This document shows, piece by piece, positions 36,191 to 47,874 of a stretch of DNA of 64,000 bases. The notes beneath the pieces were generated by a model. It saw only the letters and a list, made by a program, of their open reading frames with translations, was not told the origin of the DNA and searched no databases. The translations under genes were made by a program, and so were the position numbers. Within the stretch, counting starts at the first letter, position 1; each line of letters starts with the position of its first letter. Source of the DNA: Centroscyllium fabricii (Eukaryota); contig JBNRSN020000016.1 in the NCBI GenBank assembly GCA_051313645.2, forward strand, positions 22,444,001 through 22,508,000. Direction: 5' to 3'.

Positions 36191-37121
36191 GGGCCAGAAA
36201 TTAGGGTCGCAACGCGTGAGTACGCGCTTGGTACTCACGCGTGGGTCCATCGGACGTGCCGGTTTCTGGCATGCACCGCGCATGCGCACGAAACCGGCAC
36301 TTCTGATCCCCTGAAAGAAGGGGTCAGGGATCGGAACGCGTGCGCGTGCGCAGCAGCGGGTGCGCAATGGACTTCCGATTTTTTTACAGCTTTTTATCCG
36401 GGTAAGTATTAGAAAAAGATATGGCTGCTATTTTCAAGCGCAAAGACTGGTTTTCAGCAGGCAACAGGTGATTTAATTCAATGAAAACATTTTTTCCACG
36501 AGTTTTTCATTTTTATATACTTTAAAGAAAGGTAAGTTGATTTTTAGCCCCGTTAAATACTTCAATTATTTTTTTCAAAATTTTAAATTTTTGTTTAAAA
36601 TAGCGAATTTGTGTAATTGGTAGTTATTTTTTAAAATATGATTAAAAATAAATTATTTTAAGATTGTGGTAAACCACTGTATATATATGTTTGTACCCCG
36701 GACCCAGGTATAAAGGCGACTGTCTCCCTCCCCCAATCATTCTGGGATCAGTCGACTAGCTGGGGCATGCCCATGTCTTAGTGAATAAAAGCCTTTAGTT
36801 CACTCCACAACTTCTCGTCTCTGAAGTTATTGATAAGGCATCAAAGATTTACTGAGGTTTTGGGGCTGTAGTATTCATAAGTTTGACAGGTCTTCCTGTC
36901 AAACTTATGAAGGGGGCATTGGCTCCCCACGGACCACGTGATCCCGCGCGAAGCCTCGCACTAACTGCGCCGCTCAGATCCAGGAGCACAGCGCGCCGGC
37001 AGTTCAGGAGGGCCCAACATCGGGATTTCATGCGGGTGCACTGTTAAATGGCCGGCGCGGTCCGTAAGTGTGGGTTGGAGGCTTGCACTCGCGGGAAGCC
37101 TCCAACCCGAATTTCTGGGCC
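36191..37121. mobile_element. MITE with GGSCCAGAAATT TIRs and ATT TSD (PIF/Harbinger-like)
   Basis: TIRs and ATT on both sides; related to 41504 and 47875 copies. Confidence 0.8.
36665..36843 (+). mobile_element. short solo LTR, Gypsy lineage 2, nested in MITE
   Basis: TGTGGTAAACCAC...GGCATCA, TATAAA, AATAAA, 5-bp TSD AAGAT. Confidence 0.9.
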
Positions 37122-38219
37122 ATTGTTTTTCCAGTGCTCCTCTCTGAGAACACAAGAGCATAAAAAGTAGGAGTAGGAATAGGCCATTTGGCCCTTCGAG
37201 CCTGCTCCGCCATTCAATAAGATCATGGCTTACCTCAACTCCACCTTCCCGCACTATCCCCATATCCCTCGATTCCCTTAATATCCGAAACTCTATTGGT
37301 CTAAACATTCCTCAATTGTTCCTTTTAAACAGGAAATATTCCATCCCACAAACTGATCTTACTCCCTTCTTCCTCGCAATGTTTAAATCAAGACTGCTTA
37401 TGATTGTCTCTGCTTCTTACTCCTTGGAGTAGAAATTTATTTTGGGTAGTATGCGATCAGCAGCCCGTTATACGCCCCACGCACATACCAGGTGAGGCAT
37501 ATAGCGGGGCAGACAATCCGATAGCGCAAATAGATTTTTGGGCACTAAGGTAATCAAGGAATATGGGGATAGGGTGGGAAAGTGGAGTTGAGGTAAAAGA
37601 TCAGTCATGATCTTATTGAAAGGCGGAGCAGGTTCAAGGGGTCATAAGGCCAACTCCTGCTCCTCTTTTTTCTGTTCCTTATGTTCTTATGTTTTGCCTG
37701 AGACAAATATTCTACCCCATTTTTTCTCAGGACCTCAAAAGCTCTGGAGCCCCTGGAACCTCAATCAGTTCTCTGTATCTCCTGTGATCGATGGGCTTTG
37801 AAAACCCAAGCTTGGCGTTACCAAACCACTCCTTCCAAGATTTGATTGCTCTGCTCTTCTGCTCATTTTGACCTTGGCGGGCAGTGGTGTTACCTATTCA
37901 TTGATATGAAATAGTAATAATTATTAATTGAAATGATTGTCTTTCATCCAGTTGTCCAGCACGAGGGCATCTTGTTATTAGGGTCCTCTAGCCCTATAAC
38001 CATCCGATATCTCTGCGCTCCTCCAATTCTGGACTCTTGCGCATCGCTGATTTTTATTGCTCCACTATTGACAGACGTGCCTTCAGCTGTCCAAGCCTAA
38101 AGTTCTAGAATTCCCACCCTAAACCTCTCCACCTCTCTACCTCTCTCTCTCCTTCTTTAAGATGCTCCTTAAAACATACATCTTTGACCAAGCCAATCCT
38201 AATATCTCCTTATTAGGAT

Positions 38220-39139
38220 TGCTCAGCCCCCTCCTCTACTCCCTCTTCACTCACGACTGTGCGGCTGTCCATGGCTCCAACACGATCATCAAGTTCGCGG
38301 ATGACACCACGGTGGTTGGCCAGATCACCAACAACGACGAGTCAGCCTAAAGGGAAGAGATCCAGCGCCTTGTGGGTTGGTGTGCCGACAACAACCTGGC
38401 ACTGAACACCAAGAAAACCAAGGAGATCATAGTGGACTTCCAGAGGACTGGAAGCAGAAGACACACCCCCATCTTCATCCAAGGGGCTGAGGTGGAAAGG
38501 GTGTCCAGCTTCAACTTCCTCGAGGTCCACATCTCGGAAGATCTCTCCTGGTCACTAAACACCTCCTCTCTGGTTAAGAAGGCCCAACAGCGCCTGTACT
38601 TCCTAAGGAAGCTGAAGAAAGCCAGGCTGTCATCCGGCATCCTCTCCAACTTCTACCGCTGCACAATAGAAAGCATACTGACAAGCTGCATCACTGTCTG
38701 GTATGGAAATTGCACTATCCCGGACCGGAAAACCCTGCAGCGGGTAGTCAAAACTGCCCAACGAATTACCGGTACACAGCTACCGTCAATGGAAAGCATC
38801 TACCTCAAACGCTGCTTACGGAGGTCTATGAACATTATTAAAGACCCCACACACCCCAGCCACAGTCTGTTCCCCCCCTGCCCTCCGGGAGACACTACAG
38901 AGCAATTTGCACCTGCACAACAAGATTTCAGAACAGCTTCTTCCCCAGGGCTGTCAGCCTCCTGAACTCTAAAAAGAAACTCCAGTACCTGCACGCCTGA
39001 TAATGTACTCTACTGTATGCATTTTGCATGTAATTTATTTATTTTATTTGCACTACTCTCGGGAGAGTCGAGTCTTCGTCTCGTTGTATTGTACTAGTAC
39101 TCTGCAATGACAATAAAACTTGAATTGAATTGAATTGAA
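38220..39139 (+). mobile_element. Rex1/Babar-like LINE, 5'-truncated, inserted in an L2 end
   Basis: LSPLLYSLFTHDC...KFADD, stop at 38348, frameshift near 38872, (TTGAA)n tail. Confidence 0.9.
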
Positions 39140-39580
39140 TTATTTGGCTCATTGTCAAATTTTGTTTGATAACCACTCCTGTGAAGCGCCATGGGACGTT
39201 TTAATACATTAAAGGTGCTATATAAATGCAAGTTGCTGTTGTTGTTCAAGTATCAGGAGATGGGGTTTGGATTGGGATGCAGGCTGAATGGCCAAATTGC
39301 ATTCTCTGAGATTCCTGATGTTCCAAATGCTAGCCTTTTAGTGTCTGCAGGGTATTCAATGTGGGTGGAACATCTCCACTGTGCCTTATCCTCACTTCAC
39401 CTGACATTCACACTCGCACTCTTTCCAACACCAGGGTCACTGGATAATGATCTGGAGCGGGAACCCTGGAGGGCTTTTTCCCCCCCTCCTCCCTTCCCCC
39501 CAAAGGGGGCTCTGAGGCCAATTACACAACGCACATAAAGGTGTTAATAGGCACATATTAACCGGTGTCATAGAGTGTAT

Positions 39581-40617
39581 GGGCGCAAAATTGGCGCCTT
39601 AGCGCCGGCCCATTAGCACCGAAAATCAGTGCTAATGGGCCGGCGCTGAATTAGCGCCAAAATTAGCGGCGGGCGCTAAATTGGCATAGAGATTAGCACC
39701 AGCGCTGAACACTAGCGCGCGCTAATAAGCGATCAGCAATCCTCAAGGAAATGCGTGTGCAATGCCCGCCCGCCAGGCTGCGCCCGAAATTTGCTTTTGC
39801 GCCAGTCCACCCTGCTCCGCGCTGCCAGCGCCAGCTTTGGCAAGCGCTACTGCGGGTTTGAGTGGCCGCTTCAGCGCTGCTAAAAGGGCCACTCTCCCTC
39901 TTTGGTCCGAGCGGCCAGCTGATGGGGGGAGTTGGCCCGAGCGGCCAGCTGATCAGAGAGTGGGGAGGGGGGCTGCCCAACCCCCCCTCCCCGCTCTCTG
40001 ATCAGTTGGCGATCGGGGATCGCCCGACCCCCCTCCCCGCTCTCTGATCAGTTGCCGATCGGTGGTCACCCGACCCCCCGATCCAGCAACTGATCAGAGA
40101 GTGGGGAATGGAGTCGGGCGACCCCCGATCGGCAACTGATCAAAGAGCGGGGAAGGGAGTCGGGCGACCCCCGATCGGCAACTGATCAAAGAGCGGGGAG
40201 GGGGGGTTGGGCAGCCCCGATTGGCAACTGATCAGAGAGTGGGAAGGGCGGTCGGGCGGCCCCCGATCAGCCAATTGATGAGAGAGCGGGGAGGGGGGTC
40301 GGGCAGCCTCTGATCGGCCAATTGATGAGAGAGCGGGGAGGAAAACATGCTGCTCTGCTTCCCCTTTAAGACCTTTTTGGCTGCAGAGGTCATGGGTAAG
40401 CAAGCAGTTGGTGAGGGAGTGCTGCGCCATGAAACGTCAATTAGCGGCTAAAAACTGGCCACCTGGAAGCCATGCAAGACCTGAATTAGCGCCGAAATCT
40501 GCAAGGCCGGCGCTAACGGCAATATTGGGCGCCTCGGCACTAATTTAACGCCGGCGTTAATTTTAGCTCTGCGCCCATTTTAGCGCCAGAAAACATGCGC
40601 TCACAAATTTCGCGCCC
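39581..40617. mobile_element. GC-rich MITE with internal repeats in both orientations
   Basis: TIRs GGGCGCAAAATT / AATTTCGCGCCC, AT on each side; internal CTGATCAGAGAGTGGGG-type units. Confidence 0.75.
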
Positions 40618-40619
40618 AT

Positions 40620-41050
40620 AGAGTAATACAGCACAGACAGAGGCCCTTCAGCCCATCGTGTCCGCACCGGACATCAAGCCCTGTCTATTCTAATCCCATT
40701 TTCCAGCATTTGGTCCGTAGCCTTGTATGTTATGGCATTTCAAGTGCTCATCTGAATGCCTCTTAAATGTTGTGAGTGTTCCTGCCTCCACCACCCTTCC
40801 AGGCAGCGAGTTCCAGACTCCAACCACCCTCTGGGTGAAAAAGTTCCTCCTCAAATCCCCTTTAAACCTCCTGCCCCTTACCTTGAAACTATGCCCCCTG
40901 GTTATTGACCCCTCTACTGAGGGAAAAAGTTCCTTTCTATCTACCCTATCTATGCCCCTCATAATTTTGTACACCTCAATCAGGTCCCTCCTCAGCCTTC
41001 GCTGCTCCAAGGAAAACAACCCCAGCCTGTCCAGTCTCTCTTCACAGCTG
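40620..41050 (-). mobile_element. CR1 LINE 3' fragment
   Basis: RLGLFSLEQRRLRRDLIEVYKIM...RRNFFTQRVVGVWNSLP. Confidence 0.88.
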
Positions 41051-41503
41051 AAAAAAGCACTGTGATTTTTGTTTAATAGGTCGCATTGCATAACAATCGT
41101 GTTTTCACCCTCCCATGCGGGAGATTCATATTCCGCTGATGAGACTAACCCAGTGTAGTTCACTCGCAACCTTGCTGCCCTCAGTTGTGCAGTCAGCCTC
41201 GTTTAGCTAAATAAAAAAACCTGAGGCAAGTGCTTCAAACGTGTTTGGTTTGTGCTTGGCATAAGTTGTGGAGCTGCCTTTAACTGTTTGAGTGCTGCAA
41301 GACAACGCAAGAATTCTCAATAGCCAGCACTCCCTCTCTCCCGTAGAACTGATTTTCATGGTAAATGTCATTATGGAATGCCCTACAGAACCAGGGGTCG
41401 CAGTCTCAGGATGAGGGGTCGGCCATTTAGCACTGAGGTGAGGAGAGAGGGTTGTGAATCTTTGGAATTTTCAACCCCAGAGGCCTGTACATGTTCGGTC
41501 ATT

Positions 41504-42747
41504 GGCCCAGAAATTCGGGTCGGAGGCTTCCTGCGGGTGCAAGTCCCCGACCTGCACTTACTTTGCGCGCCTGCCGTTGTGCTGTGGGCCCACGTGGAAT
41601 TCCAATCCTGGGCCTGCTCCAGCTGCCGGCGAGCAGTGCTTGCGTATCCCAGCGGCGCAACTAGTTTGCAGCGTCCCCTGGGATCACATGGGCCATGGGG
41701 AGCCAATCGGAGCAGGGAATCTGTATTCATACATTTGACAGGAAGACCTGCCAAATCTATGAATAGGGATCGGCCCCAAAACCTAATTAAAACTTCAAAT
41801 AAATGTTTTAAAAAATCACATTTCTAAAATAACTACAGGTTGAGCACCAATAATCTGGCACGGGTGGGACCAGACCCGTGCCGGGAAAGTGAAAAAACCG
41901 GTAGAATGAAGTCGGTCAGTGTGCATGCGCGCACCATTCAAAATGGCCACGCGCATGCGCACAACATTGGAAATGGCCGCCGAACGTCCTTGCTGAGTCT
42001 CAGCTGCGGTTTGTGCCTCCTGATGACGGCCCGCTGGCTGCTCCGGGGAACCGCGCGCTTCACCATGGCGGGCGCTCGGGACCCACACATTCAAAACGCG
42101 GCTTGAGCCGCTGTGCCCTGACGCCACGGAAGGCACGGCTTGTCTGGCGGCCTTTTTGAATGATCTGCGCATGCGCTCGCCGTTCGGCGGCGCATGCACA
42201 GATCATTCGCCAAAGCCTCGAGCGCGGCTGCCATTTTGCGCATGTGCAGGGCAGTCGGGGCGATTTATACCGGACCACTGAAGTTGCCGGTGTTTCAGGT
42301 AACGGATTACCGGGGCTCAACCTGTATAAATTACATAAATTAACTGTTTTAAAAAGAAATTAAAAAAATTGAAAATACTTAATTAAAGTTTTTAATGGGG
42401 CTAAAAATAAACTTACCTTTCTTTAAAGTATTTTAAAATGATAAACCTGTGGAATTTTTTTTTAATTTGACTTACTTCAGGTCTTACCTTGTTAAAAGCG
42501 GGCCTTGCGCCTACTTTTTCCACGCGCAGCTTCTAGGGACTTACCCGCATGGAGAAACCTGTGAAAAAAGCAGAAGTTCAATGCGTGCAGCGCTGCCTCT
42601 CCAGCGCACGCGTTTTGAACTTTGAACCCTTTCCTTCAAGAGAACGGAAGTTCCAGTTTCCAGCGCACGCGCAGTGCATGCGCAAAACCGGCACTTCCGT
42701 TGGCCCTGCGCTGTGTACTCACCCGTGGGGACACGAATTTCTGGGCC
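41504..42747. mobile_element. MITE with GGCCCAGAAATT TIRs and ATT TSD, inserted in a CR1 end
   Basis: perfect terminal TIR; host CR1 sequence GGTC-ATT-GAGTAC is restored on removal. Confidence 0.88.
41836..42324. mobile_element. Tc1/mariner-pogo-type MITE nested in MITE
   Basis: TA-CAGGTTGAGC...GCTCAACCTG-TA. Confidence 0.85.
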
Positions 42748-43069
42748 ATTGAGTACATTCAAGACTGAGATAGATAAGATTTTTGGACACAAAGGGAATC
42801 AAGTGATATGGGGATAGGGCGGGAAAGTGGAGTTGAGGTAGAAGATCAGCCGTGATCTTATTGAATGGCAGAGCGGGCTCGAGGAGCCGAATGGTCTACT
42901 CCTGCTCCTATTTCTTATAGTTGTTTATACATTGGGACCTACAATGTGTACAGAACGACGGAATTTTTCACACTGTTTCTGAATGAACTAAACTTGTTAA
43001 ACCAAAAGTTGCAGTTTCTTGCTGGAGTGCTTCTGCAGCCTCCTGTGAGGAGAAGCCAATTTTAAAAAA

Positions 43070-43542
43070 ATTATTAATTCGTTGATGGGATGTGGGCATC
43101 GCTGGCTGGCTTGGCCTGCATTTAGTGCCCATCGCTAATTGCCCTTGAGAAGATGGTGGTGAGCCGCCTTCTTGAACCGCTGCAGTCTTATCGTTTTTCG
43201 TAGCGGTTGTTTACGACTGAGTGGCTTGCTAGGCCATTTCAGAGGGCATTAAGAGTCAACCACATTGCTGTGGGTCTGGAGTCACATGTAGGCCAGACCA
43301 GGTAAGGACGGCAGATTTCCTTCCCTAAAGGACATTAGTGAACCAGATGGGTTTTTGCAACAATCGACAATGGTATCATGGTCGCTTTTACTAAGACTAA
43401 CATTTAATTCCAGAATTAAATTGAATTGAATTTAAATTCCACCAGCTGCCGTGGTGTGATTTGAACCCATATCCTCAGAGCATTTGACTGAGTCTCTGGC
43501 TTACTAGTCTAGTGACATAACCACTATGCCACCGCCTCCCCA
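43070..43542 (-). mobile_element. SINE family B, full length
   Basis: close reverse complement of 32053-32528. Confidence 0.82.
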
Positions 43543-44528
43543 TTATGGACAATAATGGACAATGCCTTGAACAGCCGAGCTGCAGGCTCCTGTGAGGAGA
43601 TGCCAAATACTGGGCTGAGGCTAAGCCACTGGGGGTACTCGCGTGGATTTTGGTTTTGAAATCCTGGCTGTACATCAGCTGTGATCTGCCGTTCAGTCCA
43701 GTTTGTTAGCTGCGCCTAGCCTACCCCTTTAGGAGATAAAAAAGAAAATACTTAAAAGAGATAAGCAGAAAGCTTTTTCTGACCTGGAAGAGGAACCAAG
43801 GATTTACAAGCAGCTGCCAATCTACAGGGAAGCAATTAACCACTAATGGACCTCTGGACATGGCTAAGGCCTTGACTTGACCTCCGGATGTGCCTTTTGC
43901 AGTAATTCGACCTTGCAACCTTCAAGGGACAGGACCTTTGCAGCAGAATAATACACTGCGCGTTACCTGGTGCGATGCTCCTATCTTCATAAAGCATCCA
44001 CTTTACCATGAACAAAGGCCACCAGGGGAATCGACTCATCTAAAATAACAACAGAAAAGGTTCTGGAAATTTGCAGAAGTTCCACAGGCAGCGGAAAGGA
44101 GCAGAGGAGGATCAGCGTTTCAGAGATGGAACATCTACAGTCCAGATATTAGCCCATCTTGTGTTCAGATGCCAAGAGACTTGCTGTGTATCTCCAGCAT
44201 TTTCCGGCTGTGTTTGTCACCCAGCCAGTAACAGACAGGCACTGTCACCATGAACCAAATGGTTCCCTCCTCCATTTGAATTTCTACAAACTGAAATGGA
44301 AAAGATGCTCGACGTGCACAGTAACTTGGACAGGTTTCTAATTGCACTTTCTTTCTTTGGGCATCGGACATAGAATCAGAATCAGCATTAGCACCAGAGC
44401 TCCCCCCATTTGAGTGGAATTTCCCAAATCTGATCCCGAATCCGAGCATGTGGATCGATTCGCTTTCACTGCCAGAGCTGCCAACACAGGTAATCTGCCT
44501 TTCAGATGAGACGTTAAACCGAGGACCC

Positions 44529-45232
44529 AATTTTGTTAACTATATTTTGAAAATGGAGAGCAGTACAGTAAAGCCGGAATGCCTCGATATCAACCCCCAG
44601 GCGCCGAACGCTGCAAATGACTTTGAACATTCGTTCCGCTGTGTCGAGGCCTACATGAAGGCCGTGAAAGCGACCAGTGACGAGGACAAGCTGCAGGTAC
44701 TGGTCTCCAGAGTCAGCCGCCCAAAAACAGAAGGACAACTACATGCGCCCGGTCAACTCAGTCTACGCCAGGCATCTATTCGGTCAGAAGACAATGGCTG
44801 GGTGAGTCAAATGAAGAATTCCTCCAAGCGCTCCAAGCCCTCATACGGGCCTGCGACTGCCAGGCAGTGACGGCAGAAGAATATGCCAACCACCTGGTCC
44901 GTCATGCGTACGTAACAGGGCTCAGGTCCAGCCAGGCCCGCCAACGGATGCTGGAGCAGGAAAAACTATCGCTCGAGTCCGCCATTACGCAATCTAATGC
45001 GGTGGACGATGCACTCCGGCGCTTGGATGCATACAGTGAGAGCAGCTCCCACGCGGGCCCACCTAACCTCTGGGCGCCGCAGACATGGGTCGAAGCCCCA
45101 ACGATGGCAGCGGCAGCTGCGAAGACGCCGGCAGGGCCCAAATGCTACTTCTGCAGCTAGGCGAAACACCCGCAATCACTGTGCCCCACGAAGAGCGCGA
45201 CCTGCGCGAAGTGCGGAAAGAAGGGCCACTTG
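44529..45232 (+). pseudogene. gag: Gypsy gag fragment with leader (lineage 2 by inference)
   Basis: ATG 44553 MESSTVKPECLDINPQ..., zinc knuckles CYFC...H....C and CAKCGKKGH; frameshifts and a stop. Confidence 0.78.
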
Positions 45233-45556
45233 GGGCGGCACGGTGGCATAGTGGTTAGCAGTGTTGCCTCGCAGCACTAGAAACCCGGGTTCAAATCCAG
45301 CCTCGGGTACTATCTGTGTGGAGTTTGCACATTCTCCCCGTGTCTGCGTGGGTTTCCTCCGGGTGCTCCAGTTTCCTCCCACAGTCCAAAGATGTGTGGG
45401 TTAGGTTGATTGGCCAGGATAAATTGACTCTTAGTTTTAGGGGGATTAAATATGTGGGGTTACGGGAATAGGGTGGGATATGTGTCGGTGCAGGCTGGAT
45501 GTGCCGAAATGGTCTCTATCTGCACTGTAGGGATTCTATGATTCTATGATTCTATG
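45233..45556 (+). mobile_element. V-SINE, full length
   Basis: GGCGGCACGGTGGCATAGTGG head, V-domain, (TTCTATGA)n tail. Confidence 0.9.
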
Positions 45557-45817
45557 ACCCGTCTGTCCTCTCAGGTGGATGTAAAAGATCCCATGGCACT
45601 ATTCAAAGAAGAGCAGGGCGATTCTCCCTGGTGTCCTGGCCAATATTTATCCCTCAACCATCATCACTAAGAAAGAGTTTATCTGGTCATTATCACATTG
45701 CTGTTTGTGGGAGCTTGCTGTGCGCAGATTGACTGCCACGTTTCCTACATTGCAACAGTGATTACACTTCATAAGTACTTCATTGGCTTTGGGATGGCCT
45801 GAGATGGTTATGAAAGG

Positions 45818-46067
45818 CATAGAATCATAGAAACATAGAAACTAGGAGCAGGAGTAGGCCATTCGGCCCTTCGAGCCTGCTCCGCCATTCAATGAGATCA
45901 TGGCTGATCATCCAAACCCAGCACCCTGTCCCTGCCTTGTCTCCATATCCCTCTCGAGCCTGCACCGACACATATCCCACCCTATCCCCGTAACCCCACA
46001 TATTCAATCCTCCTAACACTAAGGGTCAATTTATCATGGCCAATCAACCTAACCCGCAACTTTGGAC
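45818..46067 (-). mobile_element. V-SINE 3' portion
   Basis: reverse complement of the SINE 3' half. Confidence 0.85.
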
Positions 46068-46821
46068 ATCCACCTGAGAGGCGCTATATGAATGGAAGTT
46101 CTTCTCTCTTTCTAATGCTGAGTCGGCAGTACTGTAAGTGGGATTTGATGGTCCACTCAGCCGGATATTATTCATTCAGCCCGGTTATTCTCTCTGGCTG
46201 GGTGCACCAATGCAGCTTAACTTTTCCTTTTTGTGAAACATTGGCGCTAGCAAAAAGAGAAAATGAAACAACAATTCAGCCATCCTTTTGTCAGGACCAG
46301 TCTCACACGCCAAACCAGCAGATCCCCCCCCCAGCCCCCCACCCCCCGACCCACACACAACCACAGAAACTACTTTGTTCGAAAGTCCTATTTGTTGATG
46401 TTATGTGCGAAAATTAAATAGAGAAAAAAAAATTGATGGGTGGGAAAGCGCAGGTACTCTGCAGGAGGAGAGCAGGTGTCACAGTTTCTTGAAGATACAT
46501 GCTTCTTTTCCTCATGAAATTGCATATACCTATACTCAGTTTAATGCTCGCTGGCATTGTCAACGACTCCCTCCTTTCAGACTTTGGTCTCTTACCTTCT
46601 GAAACTGTCAACATCCCATCTCCATTACAGCATTGAATACAATTCAAAAAGTACTTAATTGACTATAAAGTGCTTTGGGAAGTCCTGAGACCATGAAAGG
46701 CGCGATAGAGTTGCAAGTTCCTTCTTCCTTTTTTTCTCTCCATGAAGAAATCTCCCATGTCCCTCTGTCCTCTCCAATTATTGCCCTATCTCCAACCTCT
46801 GCAATCACCAATTGTGTGGCC

Positions 46822-47200
46822 ATGATGTGGAGGTGCCGCTGTTGGACTGGGGTGGACAAATGCAAGAAGTCACACAACACCAGGTTATAGTCCAACAGTT
46901 TTATTTTAAATCACAAGCTTTCGGAGCTTCTGCCCCTTCGTCAGGTGAAAGAGAAGCTGACTTAAAGAACGCACATATGGGAGGAAGAGAGAAATCTGAT
47001 CTCCCACATCTCACCGTAGCAGAGATAGACAGAGCACACAAAGGCGTATTAACATATTTTAACACATCAGTCTGAGATCAATGAGGCACAGTCACAAGGG
47101 GTCAAATGCTGCAAAACACACAGAGTGATTTTAAAAAAAAAGGAATTTCCTTACAAGACAAAGATGTCTCTAGTCTAGATGACTCTACGACAGGCAGGGT
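46822..47200 (-). mobile_element. Penelope-like terminal repeat fragment
   Basis: aligns with 9740-9940 and with 3040-3090 and 3310-3398. Confidence 0.78.
46911..46948 (-). ncRNA. minimal type I hammerhead ribozyme motif, intact core
   Basis: reverse strand TCAC-CTGACGA-A-GGGGC/AGAA/GCTCC-GAAA-GCTT-GTGA. Confidence 0.8.
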
Positions 47201-47874
47201 CAATTGTTTTGTTGCTGCTCAGCTCTGTACCCACCCCTCACTCTTCAACACACCTGAGCCCACCCACAGGATTGAAACGTTGTCAAACTTAATGATGGCC
47301 TTCTCTTTAACTGCGATCGCAGCGCACTACCTGTCCTCCTTGACCTTCTGCGGCCCAGTCTCTCCGCGGTCCCTCCTCATTCTACCTAAGCCCCTTCTCT
47401 TTATTGCCCAGCCTTTCAGTCAGCATCTCCAATTTCTCCTTGCTCCATTTCTCAGCCTCTGGTTGTTTTCTCGCCTCTGTGAGGTGCTTCGTGATGTTTC
47501 ATTCTGTTAAAGGACCTCCCGGAATGGAGGTTGTTCTTGTGCGTGATCTTCACTTGTTCACTTTCTCCGATGCCAATCAGAGCCAACTTTAGAATGATGT
47601 TGCATCCATTAAAAATGGGCATGCCCTGCTTGGAGCTCAGTGCTTTGCTGCATTTCATAACAGCCTTGCATTTGACTGTTGTCCCAGACACAGAGAATAC
47701 CGCATGTGACTGTCTCCTATAGCATAGATAGCAAGGCTGTTATCTGAAGGCAGTATAAGAGCTGGTTAAAATAATCAACTTATTTGACAAGCTAGCTCAT
47801 ATGTTGCATTTATCTAAAGTTTTACATTTGACTTCCATTGTTGCTATCATTGTTTATATTACATCTGTTATATT

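Larger units (their letters stand above)
44495..45817 (+). mobile_element. DeuSINE-like element split by a Gypsy-gag/V-SINE insert
   Basis: TTTCAGATGAGACGTTAAACCGAGGACCC stops at 44528 and resumes GTCTGTCCTCTCAGGTGGATGTAAAAGATCCCATGGCAC at 45561. Confidence 0.8.

Noticed and set aside
44165-44494. Host exon (minus ORF 44165-44530, or plus 44373-44489 with CAG/GTAATC donor)
   Set aside because: Both strands look equally plausible, no recognised motif and no partner exon.
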